Shown here: one piece after another, positions 48,475 through 58,003 of the stretch
How positions within the stretch are numbered: position 1 is the first letter of the stretch
Layout of the letters: every line of letters begins with the position of its first letter
From: a virus
Length of the DNA: 64,000 nucleotides
Direction: 5' to 3' (one strand)
Virus record (IMG/VR): IMGVR_UViG_3300027779_002770
Location: 1 to 64,000 of that record
Notes under the pieces: generated by a model
The model's input: only the letters and a program-made list of their open reading frames with translations
What the model was told of the DNA's origin: nothing
Databases searched by the model: none
Program-made: the position numbers and the translations under genes

Positions 48475-49432
48475 TATGGAAAGTATAGAACAGAAGTTTT
48501 ATAATACTATTGAATCAGAAGAGTGGCTAGCACTTCAAGAGAAGTTTAATAACTGTAATGACATATTTGTTTTGGGTCACGGCGGCAATTTAGCTGTTGC
48601 AAGTCATGCTGCAATTGACATTACAAGGTTGAGTAATGGAACAAAAAATGCTACTTGCCCTGACAGTGCTACAGTTGTTACGTCACTAATCAACGACACA
48701 GATTTTGATCATTGGATGCATCAATGGCTTAAACAGGTAACATCAACAAAGACACAGGAACAGAAGAAAAAATGTTTAATTCTTGGAATATCATCATCAG
48801 GGACATCACGTGATTTAATTAAGGCATTACAATGGGGTTATTCAAATGATTTCCAACTGGGTTGCTTGACAGGAAGATCAATGGTTGAAAAAATACCAAA
48901 GGTAACAGAGATCAATTTAGATTGCCAATACTATCACACAGTTGAATGCTTATCTCTCATGCTACAATATGAGTTAACTCATGGCAGCGGGAAGGTTTGT
49001 CCACCCATTGGCGGAAATAAGCCAGAAGATATTGCACATTATAATGCAAATCAAGAGATAAGAGAGCATAGCTTTCTTGATGAATCAAAAAATATAGCAG
49101 TTGATTTTGATGGCGTCATCCACAACAGCAACAAAGGCTATCATGATGGTACAGTTTATGGTGATGTTATAGAGGGCTCAAAAGATTCATTGAAAAAGTT
49201 ATCTGAGAAGTACGATGTCGTAATATTTACAGCAAAAGCAAAGCCTGATAGGGGATTAATAAACGGAAAGACAGGCACACAGTTAGTATGGGAATGGTTA
49301 AAGCAACATGATATGGACCAATATGTAACAAAAGTTACTGCTGAGAAACCAAGAGCTGTTGCATATATTGATGATAAAGCTATAAAATTTAAAACATGGA
49401 AAGAATATTGGAAGACTCACAAAAAGATTTAA
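48467..49432 (+). CDS. SIS (GmhA-like sugar-phosphate isomerase) fused to HAD phosphatase
   Basis: GHGGNLAVASH, GISSSGTS; then AVDFDGVIH, FTA, KP...YIDD. Confidence 0.8.
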   Translation: MLNMESIEQKFYNTIESEEWLALQEKFNNCNDIFVLGHGGNLAVASHAAIDITRLSNGTKNATCPDSATVVTSLINDTDFDHWMHQWLKQVTSTKTQEQKKKCLILGISSSGTSRDLIKALQWGYSNDFQLGCLTGRSMVEKIPKVTEINLDCQYYHTVECLSLMLQYELTHGSGKVCPPIGGNKPEDIAHYNANQEIREHSFLDESKNIAVDFDGVIHNSNKGYHDGTVYGDVIEGSKDSLKKLSEKYDVVIFTAKAKPDRGLINGKTGTQLVWEWLKQHDMDQYVTKVTAEKPRAVAYIDDKAIKFKTWKEYWKTHKKI

Positions 49433-50073
49433 TAATATTTGTTGCACATGCTGATGATGTAGAGCTTTCATCTTTTGGTTACATAGCAAAGCATTACGAT
49501 GAGTACGAATCAATTAAAATTATTTTAGCTACAGAATGGGAGCCTAAAGAAGCTACGTGGCTTGAAAATTTAGCACAAATAAACAATTATCTTTCATGCA
49601 CAACAATACCTCATAGGTTTGATATTATAGAATATACAAATTTGGGTTATCCAGCAAGACGACTTCATAGTGAATTTGATAATTTAAAAGATGATTTCTA
49701 TAAGTTGATAGACTTTAAGAAAAGGTTTGACATTTTGACACATGATAGTAAAGATTGTCATACTGATCATTTGGCAGTGAATCAAATCGCGATGGGCATG
49801 TATAAGTACGCGAATAGATTCTTGACAGCATACTCTCCAAGCTCTGCACATTTTGATGCAAATTATTTTGTCCCAATGGATGAGGGTGCTTACTCTCTTA
49901 AGAAAGAAATGTGTATGAAATATGATATTGCCAAAGAGCAATCGTATTCAAAATTAGGATACTATCTTGAAAGTGAAGAACATTGGAATATTGGAAAAGC
50001 TTACCAAATGGAAAATTTTGTACATACAGATTATGAACATTACGAAGTATATAGGATTATAAAATGGCTTTAA
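49396..50073 (+). CDS. PIG-L/LmbE-family N-deacetylase
   Basis: AHADDVE, HTDH. Confidence 0.82.
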   Translation: MERILEDSQKDLIIFVAHADDVELSSFGYIAKHYDEYESIKIILATEWEPKEATWLENLAQINNYLSCTTIPHRFDIIEYTNLGYPARRLHSEFDNLKDDFYKLIDFKKRFDILTHDSKDCHTDHLAVNQIAMGMYKYANRFLTAYSPSSAHFDANYFVPMDEGAYSLKKEMCMKYDIAKEQSYSKLGYYLESEEHWNIGKAYQMENFVHTDYEHYEVYRIIKWL

Positions 50074-50732
50074 TTGATATAGCAAATAGAGACAGAGGCA
50101 CTATGATTAATAGGACACATGGTACTAGAAGTGTCGTAAAGTACTTACAAGATAATGCTGTAATAAATGAAGTATTAGATGTGTTTGCAGGTGACGGCAG
50201 CTTCTGTAGTTATTTATTATACAGGCTTAACAGCGCGCTATCCCTTCCAAGCATAACACATTTAGAGCAGGATGCTGTAAAGTGGAAAAAACTAAATAAT
50301 CAGTTTGGTAGAAATAGAAATAATTGTTTGAATGTTGATTCATATGATTGGATGAGTAATAAATCTGAACCGAATAAATATGATTTAATTTTTTGTGACA
50401 ACGGAATGAATTCAAATGAGTATTTTGATATTATCCCATTATTGGGAGCAAATTTAAATAATACATCTGATGGAATAAACTCTTGGTTTGTGCATAATAT
50501 AAACGTAAGACCTTATGGCAATTTTTCAAGTAACGTAGCTTGGCAACAACAAAGATCACATTTTTATGAAATGGATGATACATCAGATTGTGACCCTGAA
50601 GATTTATTAGAAGCAACAGCAAAGAGAATAAAGGAGCATTATGGGGATGTTGTTAACTACGGAACATTATTTCCACGTGAGCTATACAATGGCCACACTT
50701 ATTTATATCATGCTGTATGGAGTCTTAAGTGA
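50064..50732 (+). CDS. SAM-dependent methyltransferase-like protein
   Basis: VLDVFAGDG, YDLIFCD. Confidence 0.7.
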   Translation: MALIDIANRDRGTMINRTHGTRSVVKYLQDNAVINEVLDVFAGDGSFCSYLLYRLNSALSLPSITHLEQDAVKWKKLNNQFGRNRNNCLNVDSYDWMSNKSEPNKYDLIFCDNGMNSNEYFDIIPLLGANLNNTSDGINSWFVHNINVRPYGNFSSNVAWQQQRSHFYEMDDTSDCDPEDLLEATAKRIKEHYGDVVNYGTLFPRELYNGHTYLYHAVWSLK

Positions 50733-51298
50733 TAGTATCAATACACCAACCAGAACATTTTCCTTACTTAGGCTACTTCCAAAAAATGGCTGATGCTGAC
50801 ATGTTTGTATTCTTAGACAATGTAAATTATAGGAAAAATTATTTTCAAAATAGAAATAGGTTTCTTAATAAAAACGGTATTGAAGAATGGTTTACAATAC
50901 CAGTGCCAAAAGACTCAGTTAAAAAACACATAAAAGATGTTGTTCCTATTGAAAGTAACTGGAGAAGAAAAATTATAAAGCAACATAAACAACACTTTGG
51001 ACTAGACTTAAGCTTTGTATATGATATGGAAACATTGACTAAAATCAATATAGCAAGTATAGTATATTGCATGCATAGATTACATATCACTACGCCCTTT
51101 ATCAGGGTATCGACGCTATCTGTGACAGGAACAAAATCAGAATTGTTAGCTAACATATGCAAAGAGCTCAAAGCTACAAAATATATCAGTGGTCCTTCTG
51201 GTAAGGATTATTTAGAAATGAAATATTTTGAAGGAATTGAAGTAGAATTTTTTAAACCAAACGTACCAGATATTTACACAACATTGAGCCACATATGA
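50729..51298 (+). CDS. WbqC-like protein
   Basis: IHQPEHFPYLGYF, FQNRNR, YISGPSGKDYL. Confidence 0.88.
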   Translation: MIVSIHQPEHFPYLGYFQKMADADMFVFLDNVNYRKNYFQNRNRFLNKNGIEEWFTIPVPKDSVKKHIKDVVPIESNWRRKIIKQHKQHFGLDLSFVYDMETLTKINIASIVYCMHRLHITTPFIRVSTLSVTGTKSELLANICKELKATKYISGPSGKDYLEMKYFEGIEVEFFKPNVPDIYTTLSHI

Positions 51299-52260
51299 AA
51301 ATAAATTATTGTACTACAGAGATGGGAATAATAGGCAAAATGCCTAAAGACAATCCTAACATGAGAGTTTTAGAATCACAAATACTTGCGTGGGATGCTG
51401 AACACATTCCAATAACCAAACTGCTAAGTGAGGATACAGTATACGATGGCAATGTTGTTGTTGTTCTTCCAAAAGGCGGTGCAGATAAAGAACTTATTGG
51501 CTGGTTAGTAGAAAAGTATTTTAATACGTTCAAAAGTATAAAATCAAAATTCACAGGAGAAGTATGGTTTTATCAAGATGGCGAAGCAGGATATTGGAAT
51601 CAACATACAGCTACACTACAAGTTTGGTGGTATAATAATGTAAGCCAATGTGATAAAATTTTATGTCCTAACGAAACAGATGTAAAATATTATAAAGGGA
51701 TGTTTCCTGATATTCCAGTTGCAGTAATGAGAAGTATAATGGCACATGTGCCCGATGTGTCTGTTGCTATGGAAGAAAAAGTTATTATTTCTGGTCCGCT
51801 AACCAGAGAATACAATGGATTACAGCAGATTATTGTTGCAAAACAATTTGATGTACCTATTTTTATTCCACCCATGGGACTAGAAAGAATGCCAGCTGAT
51901 TCATGGACAACAGCTAGCTCACTTGATGTTAAATATTTAGATTATACAGACTGGAATACCTGGATGAAGAATTTGGGAACATATAAATATGCAGTTAATC
52001 TCCCGGGTGTGACAGCAGCTGCAAGTTTTAGTTTAAATTGTGCTTGGCATGGAATTCCATGTATTGGCGATAGAAAAGCAGATACACAATCGATATGTTA
52101 CCCGTGGACATCTGTTGATTATAATGATATTGATTCTGCAGTTAAGATAGCAAGAGGATTAAAGACAGATAAAAAGTTTTATAATAAGTGTGCAGATTAT
52201 GCACAAAAATCAGCTAGAAAGCACTTTACAAATGAAACATTTCTAAAAGGGCTTATATGA
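51295..52260 (+). CDS. putative glycosyltransferase (GT-B)
   Basis: AASFSLNCAWHGIPCIG C-terminal GT-B-like segment; glycan island context. Confidence 0.55.
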   Translation: MKINYCTTEMGIIGKMPKDNPNMRVLESQILAWDAEHIPITKLLSEDTVYDGNVVVVLPKGGADKELIGWLVEKYFNTFKSIKSKFTGEVWFYQDGEAGYWNQHTATLQVWWYNNVSQCDKILCPNETDVKYYKGMFPDIPVAVMRSIMAHVPDVSVAMEEKVIISGPLTREYNGLQQIIVAKQFDVPIFIPPMGLERMPADSWTTASSLDVKYLDYTDWNTWMKNLGTYKYAVNLPGVTAAASFSLNCAWHGIPCIGDRKADTQSICYPWTSVDYNDIDSAVKIARGLKTDKKFYNKCADYAQKSARKHFTNETFLKGLI

Positions 52261-54251
52261 CACAACGCAAAAGTGGGATACAGCTTACCAATGCAACGGT
52301 AGGCAAAAAAGGAAACGCGAAAATACTATGTACAGGTGCACCGAGATCTGGAACTAGTATGCTTACTTTGTTAATGACATATTTTAAAGGCATTAATGTA
52401 TTTACACATGGCACACCAAGCGACCTTTGGAAAAAGCATGATTGCTTTACAACACAGCAAAGACCTGATGGTTTAATTTGGAATGACTTCATTCAAAAAA
52501 CATCATTAAGAGAGATCGCAGATGACAATGTAAAGGTTGTTTGCATTTACAGGGATGGAAGAGATTCACTAATTTCAAAAAGAAAGCAATTCGTAGAAAG
52601 CTCATTAGGAAAAATAGAAAGCAAAGTGGATGATGCTTATTGGTACGGGCCTGAGATACATCACACTAAAAAATGGATAACATCAATTGATGTTGTTTTA
52701 GATATTATTGAAAACCCTCATGACAATATTTTTCTTATAAAGTACGAAGAACTAGTATCAAATCATAGTAAAGTAATGCCAGAGTTAGCAAAGTTTTTGG
52801 GACTAGAATTAAGAAAAGGATACACAGAATTTTATAAAGACTACTCGGGCAAATATAATTTATCAACTGAGGGCGCGATTGGTGCAGAGCATGATGGGCT
52901 GAGACCTTTAGCACCAAATTCTGGCAATTGGAAAATGCAAAAGCATTTTGAAAGAATGACAGAAATTGTGAATTATATTCCAGAGATTTCTGATAGATTA
53001 ATTAAACTAGATTATGAAGATGATGATAAATGGAGGGAAAGATTTGGTCCAATTACATTCGTCATACCCAGTAGAAATAATTTAGAACTTTTACAGTTAG
53101 CATATAAATCAATAAAGCAGTTAGGAAATAATCATCACATTTTAGTTTTAGATGATGCGAGTGAAGATGGAACTGATAAATGGTTAAAACGATCCGAAAT
53201 AGCTTCAGATGAAAATCTTCATGTTTATACAAATCCAGGGCCAGAAAGAGTTGGAATAGTCGGCATGTTTGATAAGGGTATTGAGATGGCACCAACATCA
53301 ATAATAATGGCATTCCATTCAGATATGGTTGCTGGCAGAAATTTAGACATGCATGTATTGAAACACCTTAAAAGAGGAAATGTTGTAACTGCAACAAGAT
53401 TAGAGCCACCACTACACCCACCCGGCCCAGAAAAAATTATAGTAGATTGTGGTGTTGAGCCAGCGGATTTTAATACAAATCTATTTCACACGACTGTTTA
53501 TGATTTGCAAACAAAACCTGAACTGAGGTATAACAGAGACGTGACAAGTGGAATATTCGCACCGTGGTGTATGTACAAAGAAGATTTCTTAGCAATCGGC
53601 GGCCATGATGAATTATTTGCACCTCAGTCTAGAGAGGATTCAGATTTATTTAACCGGTTTTTATTAAACGGTTATAAGTTAATACAAACTTGGGAAGGAT
53701 TTGTATATCATTTTACTAGTAGAGGAAGTAGGTTTAATACGTATGCAGGTGGTGATATTGGAAAAGATTCACCAGAATGGCAACAAACAAATGAAAAGAA
53801 TATGAGAAATTTTATTCGTAAATGGAAATCTACTGTATTACATGATGAGCTAATGTTGCCAGTAGTGGCGCCAATATATAACATAGGCTTCGTAGTACAT
53901 AACTGTTCAACAGAGCATCTTGCAGCCTTAGAGATATGGTGTGATGATATTTATGGCGATTGGGTTGGTCATAAAGGGTATGGTGTAAATGGTTATATCG
54001 AAGAAGAACAAAAGAAGACAACAATAGACCTCAGCAAAAAGATACATTCACAGTACTATGAAGACTACAAAAATGATGTTGTTCTAGAATTTGATGTGAC
54101 AAGGCTGACAGACGATGATTACAAGGTAATTCAAAATTTAGGGTCGATTTTAGAAGATAGCGGTTCTGTTGGTAATTTTAAATTAGGAAATTTAAAATTT
54201 ATAATTAATAAGTTAGAACAACTTCAAAATAATAATATAAAATCTAAGTAA
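52257..54251 (+). CDS. sulfotransferase-like domain fused to GT2 glycosyltransferase
   Basis: GAPRSGTS (5'-PSB), RDGRDSLIS (3'-PB), KYEELV; then FVIPSRN, LDDASEDGT, FHSDM, EDSD. Confidence 0.82.
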   Translation: MTQRKSGIQLTNATVGKKGNAKILCTGAPRSGTSMLTLLMTYFKGINVFTHGTPSDLWKKHDCFTTQQRPDGLIWNDFIQKTSLREIADDNVKVVCIYRDGRDSLISKRKQFVESSLGKIESKVDDAYWYGPEIHHTKKWITSIDVVLDIIENPHDNIFLIKYEELVSNHSKVMPELAKFLGLELRKGYTEFYKDYSGKYNLSTEGAIGAEHDGLRPLAPNSGNWKMQKHFERMTEIVNYIPEISDRLIKLDYEDDDKWRERFGPITFVIPSRNNLELLQLAYKSIKQLGNNHHILVLDDASEDGTDKWLKRSEIASDENLHVYTNPGPERVGIVGMFDKGIEMAPTSIIMAFHSDMVAGRNLDMHVLKHLKRGNVVTATRLEPPLHPPGPEKIIVDCGVEPADFNTNLFHTTVYDLQTKPELRYNRDVTSGIFAPWCMYKEDFLAIGGHDELFAPQSREDSDLFNRFLLNGYKLIQTWEGFVYHFTSRGSRFNTYAGGDIGKDSPEWQQTNEKNMRNFIRKWKSTVLHDELMLPVVAPIYNIGFVVHNCSTEHLAALEIWCDDIYGDWVGHKGYGVNGYIEEEQKKTTIDLSKKIHSQYYEDYKNDVVLEFDVTRLTDDDYKVIQNLGSILEDSGSVGNFKLGNLKFIINKLEQLQNNNIKSK

Positions 54252-54304
54252 ATACTAATATCTATAAATGCAAATTTCACATATGCAGTAAGAAGAACCA
54301 GCGG

Positions 54305-54368
54305 ATAGGCAGTTGACGCACCTATAGAAAAATGCGTCTTAAACGTAATAACAAAAGGAGAACGTTTA
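54305..54368 (+). ncRNA. candidate cis-regulatory leader: H-type pseudoknot plus SD-enclosing hairpin
   Basis: ATAGG/CCTAT and GACGCA/TGCGTC interlocked; TAAACGT/ACGTTTA flanking AAGGAG. Confidence 0.5.
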
Positions 54369-57136
54369 TGAATAAGCGTAACCTAGTAATATCATTATTA
54401 ATGATGACAGGATTGTTCGCGCAATCTATTGTTGGAGTTGTTAATAGTGGTACTGAACCATTGATTGGAGCAAATGTTGCTGTCGAAGGAACTGACAAAG
54501 GTGGTGTAACAGATGAATCTGGTAAATACACTATCGATGTTGGGGCTGAAGGCACATTCACATTGACAGCTTCATTCATTGGGTACTCATCTGCAACATT
54601 AGATGTTGTGGTGGGTGATATAGTTGGAACACTCAACTTCAATTTAGAAGAAGATGTTCTAATTATGTCAGCATTAGAAGTCTTGGCTTCTAGAGCTGAT
54701 GAAAATACACCTGTTGCACACACTACAGTTGGCAAAGCCGAAATGGAAATGCGTCTTGGATCTCAAGACCTTCCAATGGCACTTAACATGACGCCAAGTG
54801 TGTATGCAACTCAACAAGGCGGCGGCGCAGGTGATGCACGTATCAATGTTCGTGGGTTCAACCAGAATAACGTAGCTGTTATGATAAATGGTGTTCCGCA
54901 AAATGATATGGAGAACGGATGGGTCTACTGGTCTAACTGGGATGGTGTAGCTGATGCTGCTCATTCTATTCAGATGCAAAGAGGATTAAGTGCAGTTAAC
55001 TTAGCAACACCCTCAATTGGTGGAACGATGAACATCATTACAGATCCTGCTGCTTATGAAAAAGGCGGCAAGGTAAAACAAGAAGGTGGTGCAGGTGGTT
55101 TTTTAAAGACTACACTTAACTACAATTCTGGTCTTATGATGGGCGACAAGTTAGCTTTAAGCGGAACAGTCGTGCGCAAGACAGGTGATGGAATCATTGA
55201 TGGTACTTGGACAGATGCATGGGCATACTATTTTGGTAGTAGCTATGCAATGAATAATGATCATCGCTTTGAGTTGTATGCAATAGGTGCACCGCAACGT
55301 CATGGACATAACTTATACAAACAGAACATAGCTACATATTCACAAGAATTGGCTGGTGATGTTAGTGGCTACGATGTAGCGGCTTTTGCAGATAGTGCAA
55401 AATTCGAAACTGAAGCTGGTAGGTTATTCAATCAAAATGTTGCAAATGTCGACGCATCATACACTGGAAAACAGTACTACTATATGTACGGTGAAAATAC
55501 TGTTGACAGACATGATCCCAATTCTCTAAACGAAAGAGAGAATTATTTTCATAAACCGCTTGTTAACTTAAACCATTTCTGGACAATAAACGATAAGGCA
55601 CGATTAAGTTCAGTAGCTTATTGGTCCGGCGGATCTGGTGGAGGTACTGGTACTTATGGAAGCGTTAAACGATTCGTTGCCGCAGGTGCTTCAGATCAAG
55701 ATTTATCTTGGTACAAGAGCTCTCCGTGGACTTGGGATTGGAATGGCGAAATTGCTGAAAACTCAGCAAACGTTGATTCAGCCTGGTCAGACACAGAGAA
55801 CAGATCAACGGGTATTCTTCGTAATAGTATCAATCGTCAAAATACTTACGGCTTGATTTCTAAACTTAACTATGACATTAGTGATGAGTTTGAAGTTCAA
55901 GTTGGTATTGATTGGAGAACTGCTAGTATAGAACACGCACGTGAAGTTCGTGATCTACTCGGTGGTGACTACTATGTAGATTATGCTGATGACAATACAC
56001 CTGATGGTAAAGTAGTTAAGTTAGGTGATGAGATCGCTTATCACTATGATACTTCAGTTGATTGGTTTGGTACATTTGCGCAAGGTAAGTATACCACTGA
56101 TAAGTTTAATGTGTATGGTATGGGCGGTTTGTCCACAATCGCATACTCTTATGAGGACCATTTTGCAGCAGATACTGATTCTCTTGGTGAAACAATCGAC
56201 AACTATGACGAAGCTGATGCTATCACTACTTTTCAATTGAAAGGTGGCGGTACCTATAACTTGGATGATCGTATGTCTGTATTTGCTAATGCTGGATACG
56301 TTCAAAAACCACCAATTATGGATAATGTAATTGGCTCCGGGTATGTATCATCAGATCCAGATAATGAGAAGTTTAAAAGCTTTGAGTTAGGTGGAAAGTA
56401 CAACAGCGACTTGGTTAGCATTAAGTTGAGCACGTATGCTACACAATGGATTGATAGAAACGTTGTTAAAAATGTATCTACTGGACAAGGTGATAGCGGT
56501 GATTCAGACATAATTTTCTTACGCGGTGTACAACAAGATCATTCAGGCTTTGAAGTCGAAAGCAAAATCGCACTTCATGAAATGGTTGATCTAGATCTTG
56601 TAATCAGTAAGGGAAAATGGGAATTTGTTGGTGACGCAGATGGTTCGTATAAAGAGCAGGAGTTTAATGAAGCAGACGAAGTCATTGGTATGACATCAAC
56701 TGAGTATTCTTATGCACTTAACGGGCTTATGGTTGGCGATCAACCACAAACATCATATGCCGGCGGATTAACAGTTAAACCAATTAAGGGACTCAACATA
56801 CAGGGTATTTACAAAATGTATGATGACAACTACGCTGATTGGTCTCCCGATTCTCGTGAGATTGGTAGTGATGACTACAATGATGCTCCAGTTTGGCAAG
56901 CTCCTAAGTATGGAAGATTAGATATTCATGCTTCATACAAGCTGCCAGAAGTTGCTGGGCTAGATGTAACAGTATCAGCACATATTTTCAATGCACTTGA
57001 TGAAGTATACATTCAAGATGCAGTTGATAATAGTCAATACAATGGGTTTGGTGATGGAAATCACTTGGCTCATAACGCGGAAGTATTTCTTGGGACACCA
57101 AGATATGCTAACGTAGGAATTTCAGTTAATTTCTAA
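54368..57136 (+). CDS. TonB-dependent outer-membrane receptor with N-terminal carboxypeptidase-regulatory-like domain
   Basis: signal peptide MNKRNLVISLLMMTGLFAQ, EPLIGANV...TDESGKY, plug INVRGF..NGVP..GGTMNIIT, beta-barrel ending in Phe; AAGGAG SD before 54368. Confidence 0.93.
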   Translation: MNKRNLVISLLMMTGLFAQSIVGVVNSGTEPLIGANVAVEGTDKGGVTDESGKYTIDVGAEGTFTLTASFIGYSSATLDVVVGDIVGTLNFNLEEDVLIMSALEVLASRADENTPVAHTTVGKAEMEMRLGSQDLPMALNMTPSVYATQQGGGAGDARINVRGFNQNNVAVMINGVPQNDMENGWVYWSNWDGVADAAHSIQMQRGLSAVNLATPSIGGTMNIITDPAAYEKGGKVKQEGGAGGFLKTTLNYNSGLMMGDKLALSGTVVRKTGDGIIDGTWTDAWAYYFGSSYAMNNDHRFELYAIGAPQRHGHNLYKQNIATYSQELAGDVSGYDVAAFADSAKFETEAGRLFNQNVANVDASYTGKQYYYMYGENTVDRHDPNSLNERENYFHKPLVNLNHFWTINDKARLSSVAYWSGGSGGGTGTYGSVKRFVAAGASDQDLSWYKSSPWTWDWNGEIAENSANVDSAWSDTENRSTGILRNSINRQNTYGLISKLNYDISDEFEVQVGIDWRTASIEHAREVRDLLGGDYYVDYADDNTPDGKVVKLGDEIAYHYDTSVDWFGTFAQGKYTTDKFNVYGMGGLSTIAYSYEDHFAADTDSLGETIDNYDEADAITTFQLKGGGTYNLDDRMSVFANAGYVQKPPIMDNVIGSGYVSSDPDNEKFKSFELGGKYNSDLVSIKLSTYATQWIDRNVVKNVSTGQGDSGDSDIIFLRGVQQDHSGFEVESKIALHEMVDLDLVISKGKWEFVGDADGSYKEQEFNEADEVIGMTSTEYSYALNGLMVGDQPQTSYAGGLTVKPIKGLNIQGIYKMYDDNYADWSPDSREIGSDDYNDAPVWQAPKYGRLDIHASYKLPEVAGLDVTVSAHIFNALDEVYIQDAVDNSQYNGFGDGNHLAHNAEVFLGTPRYANVGISVNF

Positions 57137-57146
57137 CATGAAATTA

Positions 57147-57219
57147 GGGGCTGTAGCTCAGTTGGGAGAGCGCCGCACTTGCACTGCGGAGGTCGTAGGT
57201 TCGATCCCTATCAGCTCCA
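57147..57219 (+). tRNA. tRNA-Ala(UGC), CCA not encoded
   Basis: GGGGCTG/CAGCTCC acceptor stem with G3:U70, anticodon arm CCGCA-CTTGCAC-TGCGG, T-loop GGTTCGATCC. Confidence 0.96.
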
Positions 57220-57242
57220 CTTAAAATTATAGAGGTCTACTC

Positions 57243-57947
57243 ATGAAAATTATAGCAGGACCATGCGCAATAGAAGGCAGAGAAATGGCCTTCATAACAG
57301 CAGAACAAGTTGTACTACAACAGGAAATATTCCCATATTTTGATTTTGTGTATAAGTCATCGTATGATAAAGCAAATCGTACAAGCATCAATTCAAAACG
57401 TGGAATAGGGCTTGATGAAGGACTCAAAATACTTCAAGAAGTTAAAGATAATTTTGGCCTTAAGCTCACAACTGATGTACACGAAACATATCAAGTAGAA
57501 GCTGTTGCTGAAGTAGTAGACGAAATCCAAATTCCAGCACTATTAAGTAGACAGACAGATTTAATACGTGCAGCTGCAGATACTGGAAAATATGTTAATA
57601 TAAAACGATCTCAATCAGCATCAGGAATGGACGCAAATACGATGATTGAAAAGTGTTGGCCGAATACAAAAGTACAGATGATTGAAAGAGGAAGTTCAGT
57701 TTTAAATGATATAGTTATAGACTGGAGAAATGTAATTGATATGATGAATTTCGATTGTAAAGTCATAGTGGATATTACTCATCCTCACGGCCCAACATAC
57801 GCAACTCAATACGCAATGATGGCAGAATCTATAGGCTGTGATGGTTTATTTATGGAAGTTCATCCCGATCCGTTAAACGGACATTCTGATGGAAGTAAAA
57901 TGATAGATTTTAAACAATTTTCTGAAATACTTAACACTGTAGCATAG
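57243..57947 (+). CDS. kdsA: 3-deoxy-D-manno-octulosonate 8-phosphate synthase
   Basis: IAGPCAIE, KSSYDKANRTS, TDVHE, QIPA..SRQTDL, EVHPDP..SDG. Confidence 0.9.
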   Translation: MKIIAGPCAIEGREMAFITAEQVVLQQEIFPYFDFVYKSSYDKANRTSINSKRGIGLDEGLKILQEVKDNFGLKLTTDVHETYQVEAVAEVVDEIQIPALLSRQTDLIRAAADTGKYVNIKRSQSASGMDANTMIEKCWPNTKVQMIERGSSVLNDIVIDWRNVIDMMNFDCKVIVDITHPHGPTYATQYAMMAESIGCDGLFMEVHPDPLNGHSDGSKMIDFKQFSEILNTVA

Positions 57948-58003
57948 AAAGTACAACTTATAAATAATGCTAGCTATATTTAATAATATAAAGGAGCAAC
58001 AAC

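Noticed and set aside
54332-54367. Track start of the TonB receptor at 54332
   Set aside because: SD and signal peptide fit ATG 54368; the 54332 ATG lies within the pseudoknot
54250-54367. Cobalamin, SAM-II/V or preQ1 riboswitch assignment for the receptor leader
   Set aside because: Too short for a cobalamin riboswitch and I could not match the conserved core nucleotides of the others; kept only as an orphan candidate
57147-57219. tRNA-Ala as a prophage attachment site or host boundary
   Set aside because: No integrase or duplicated tRNA 3' end seen, and phage-type promoters and small genes continue on both sides
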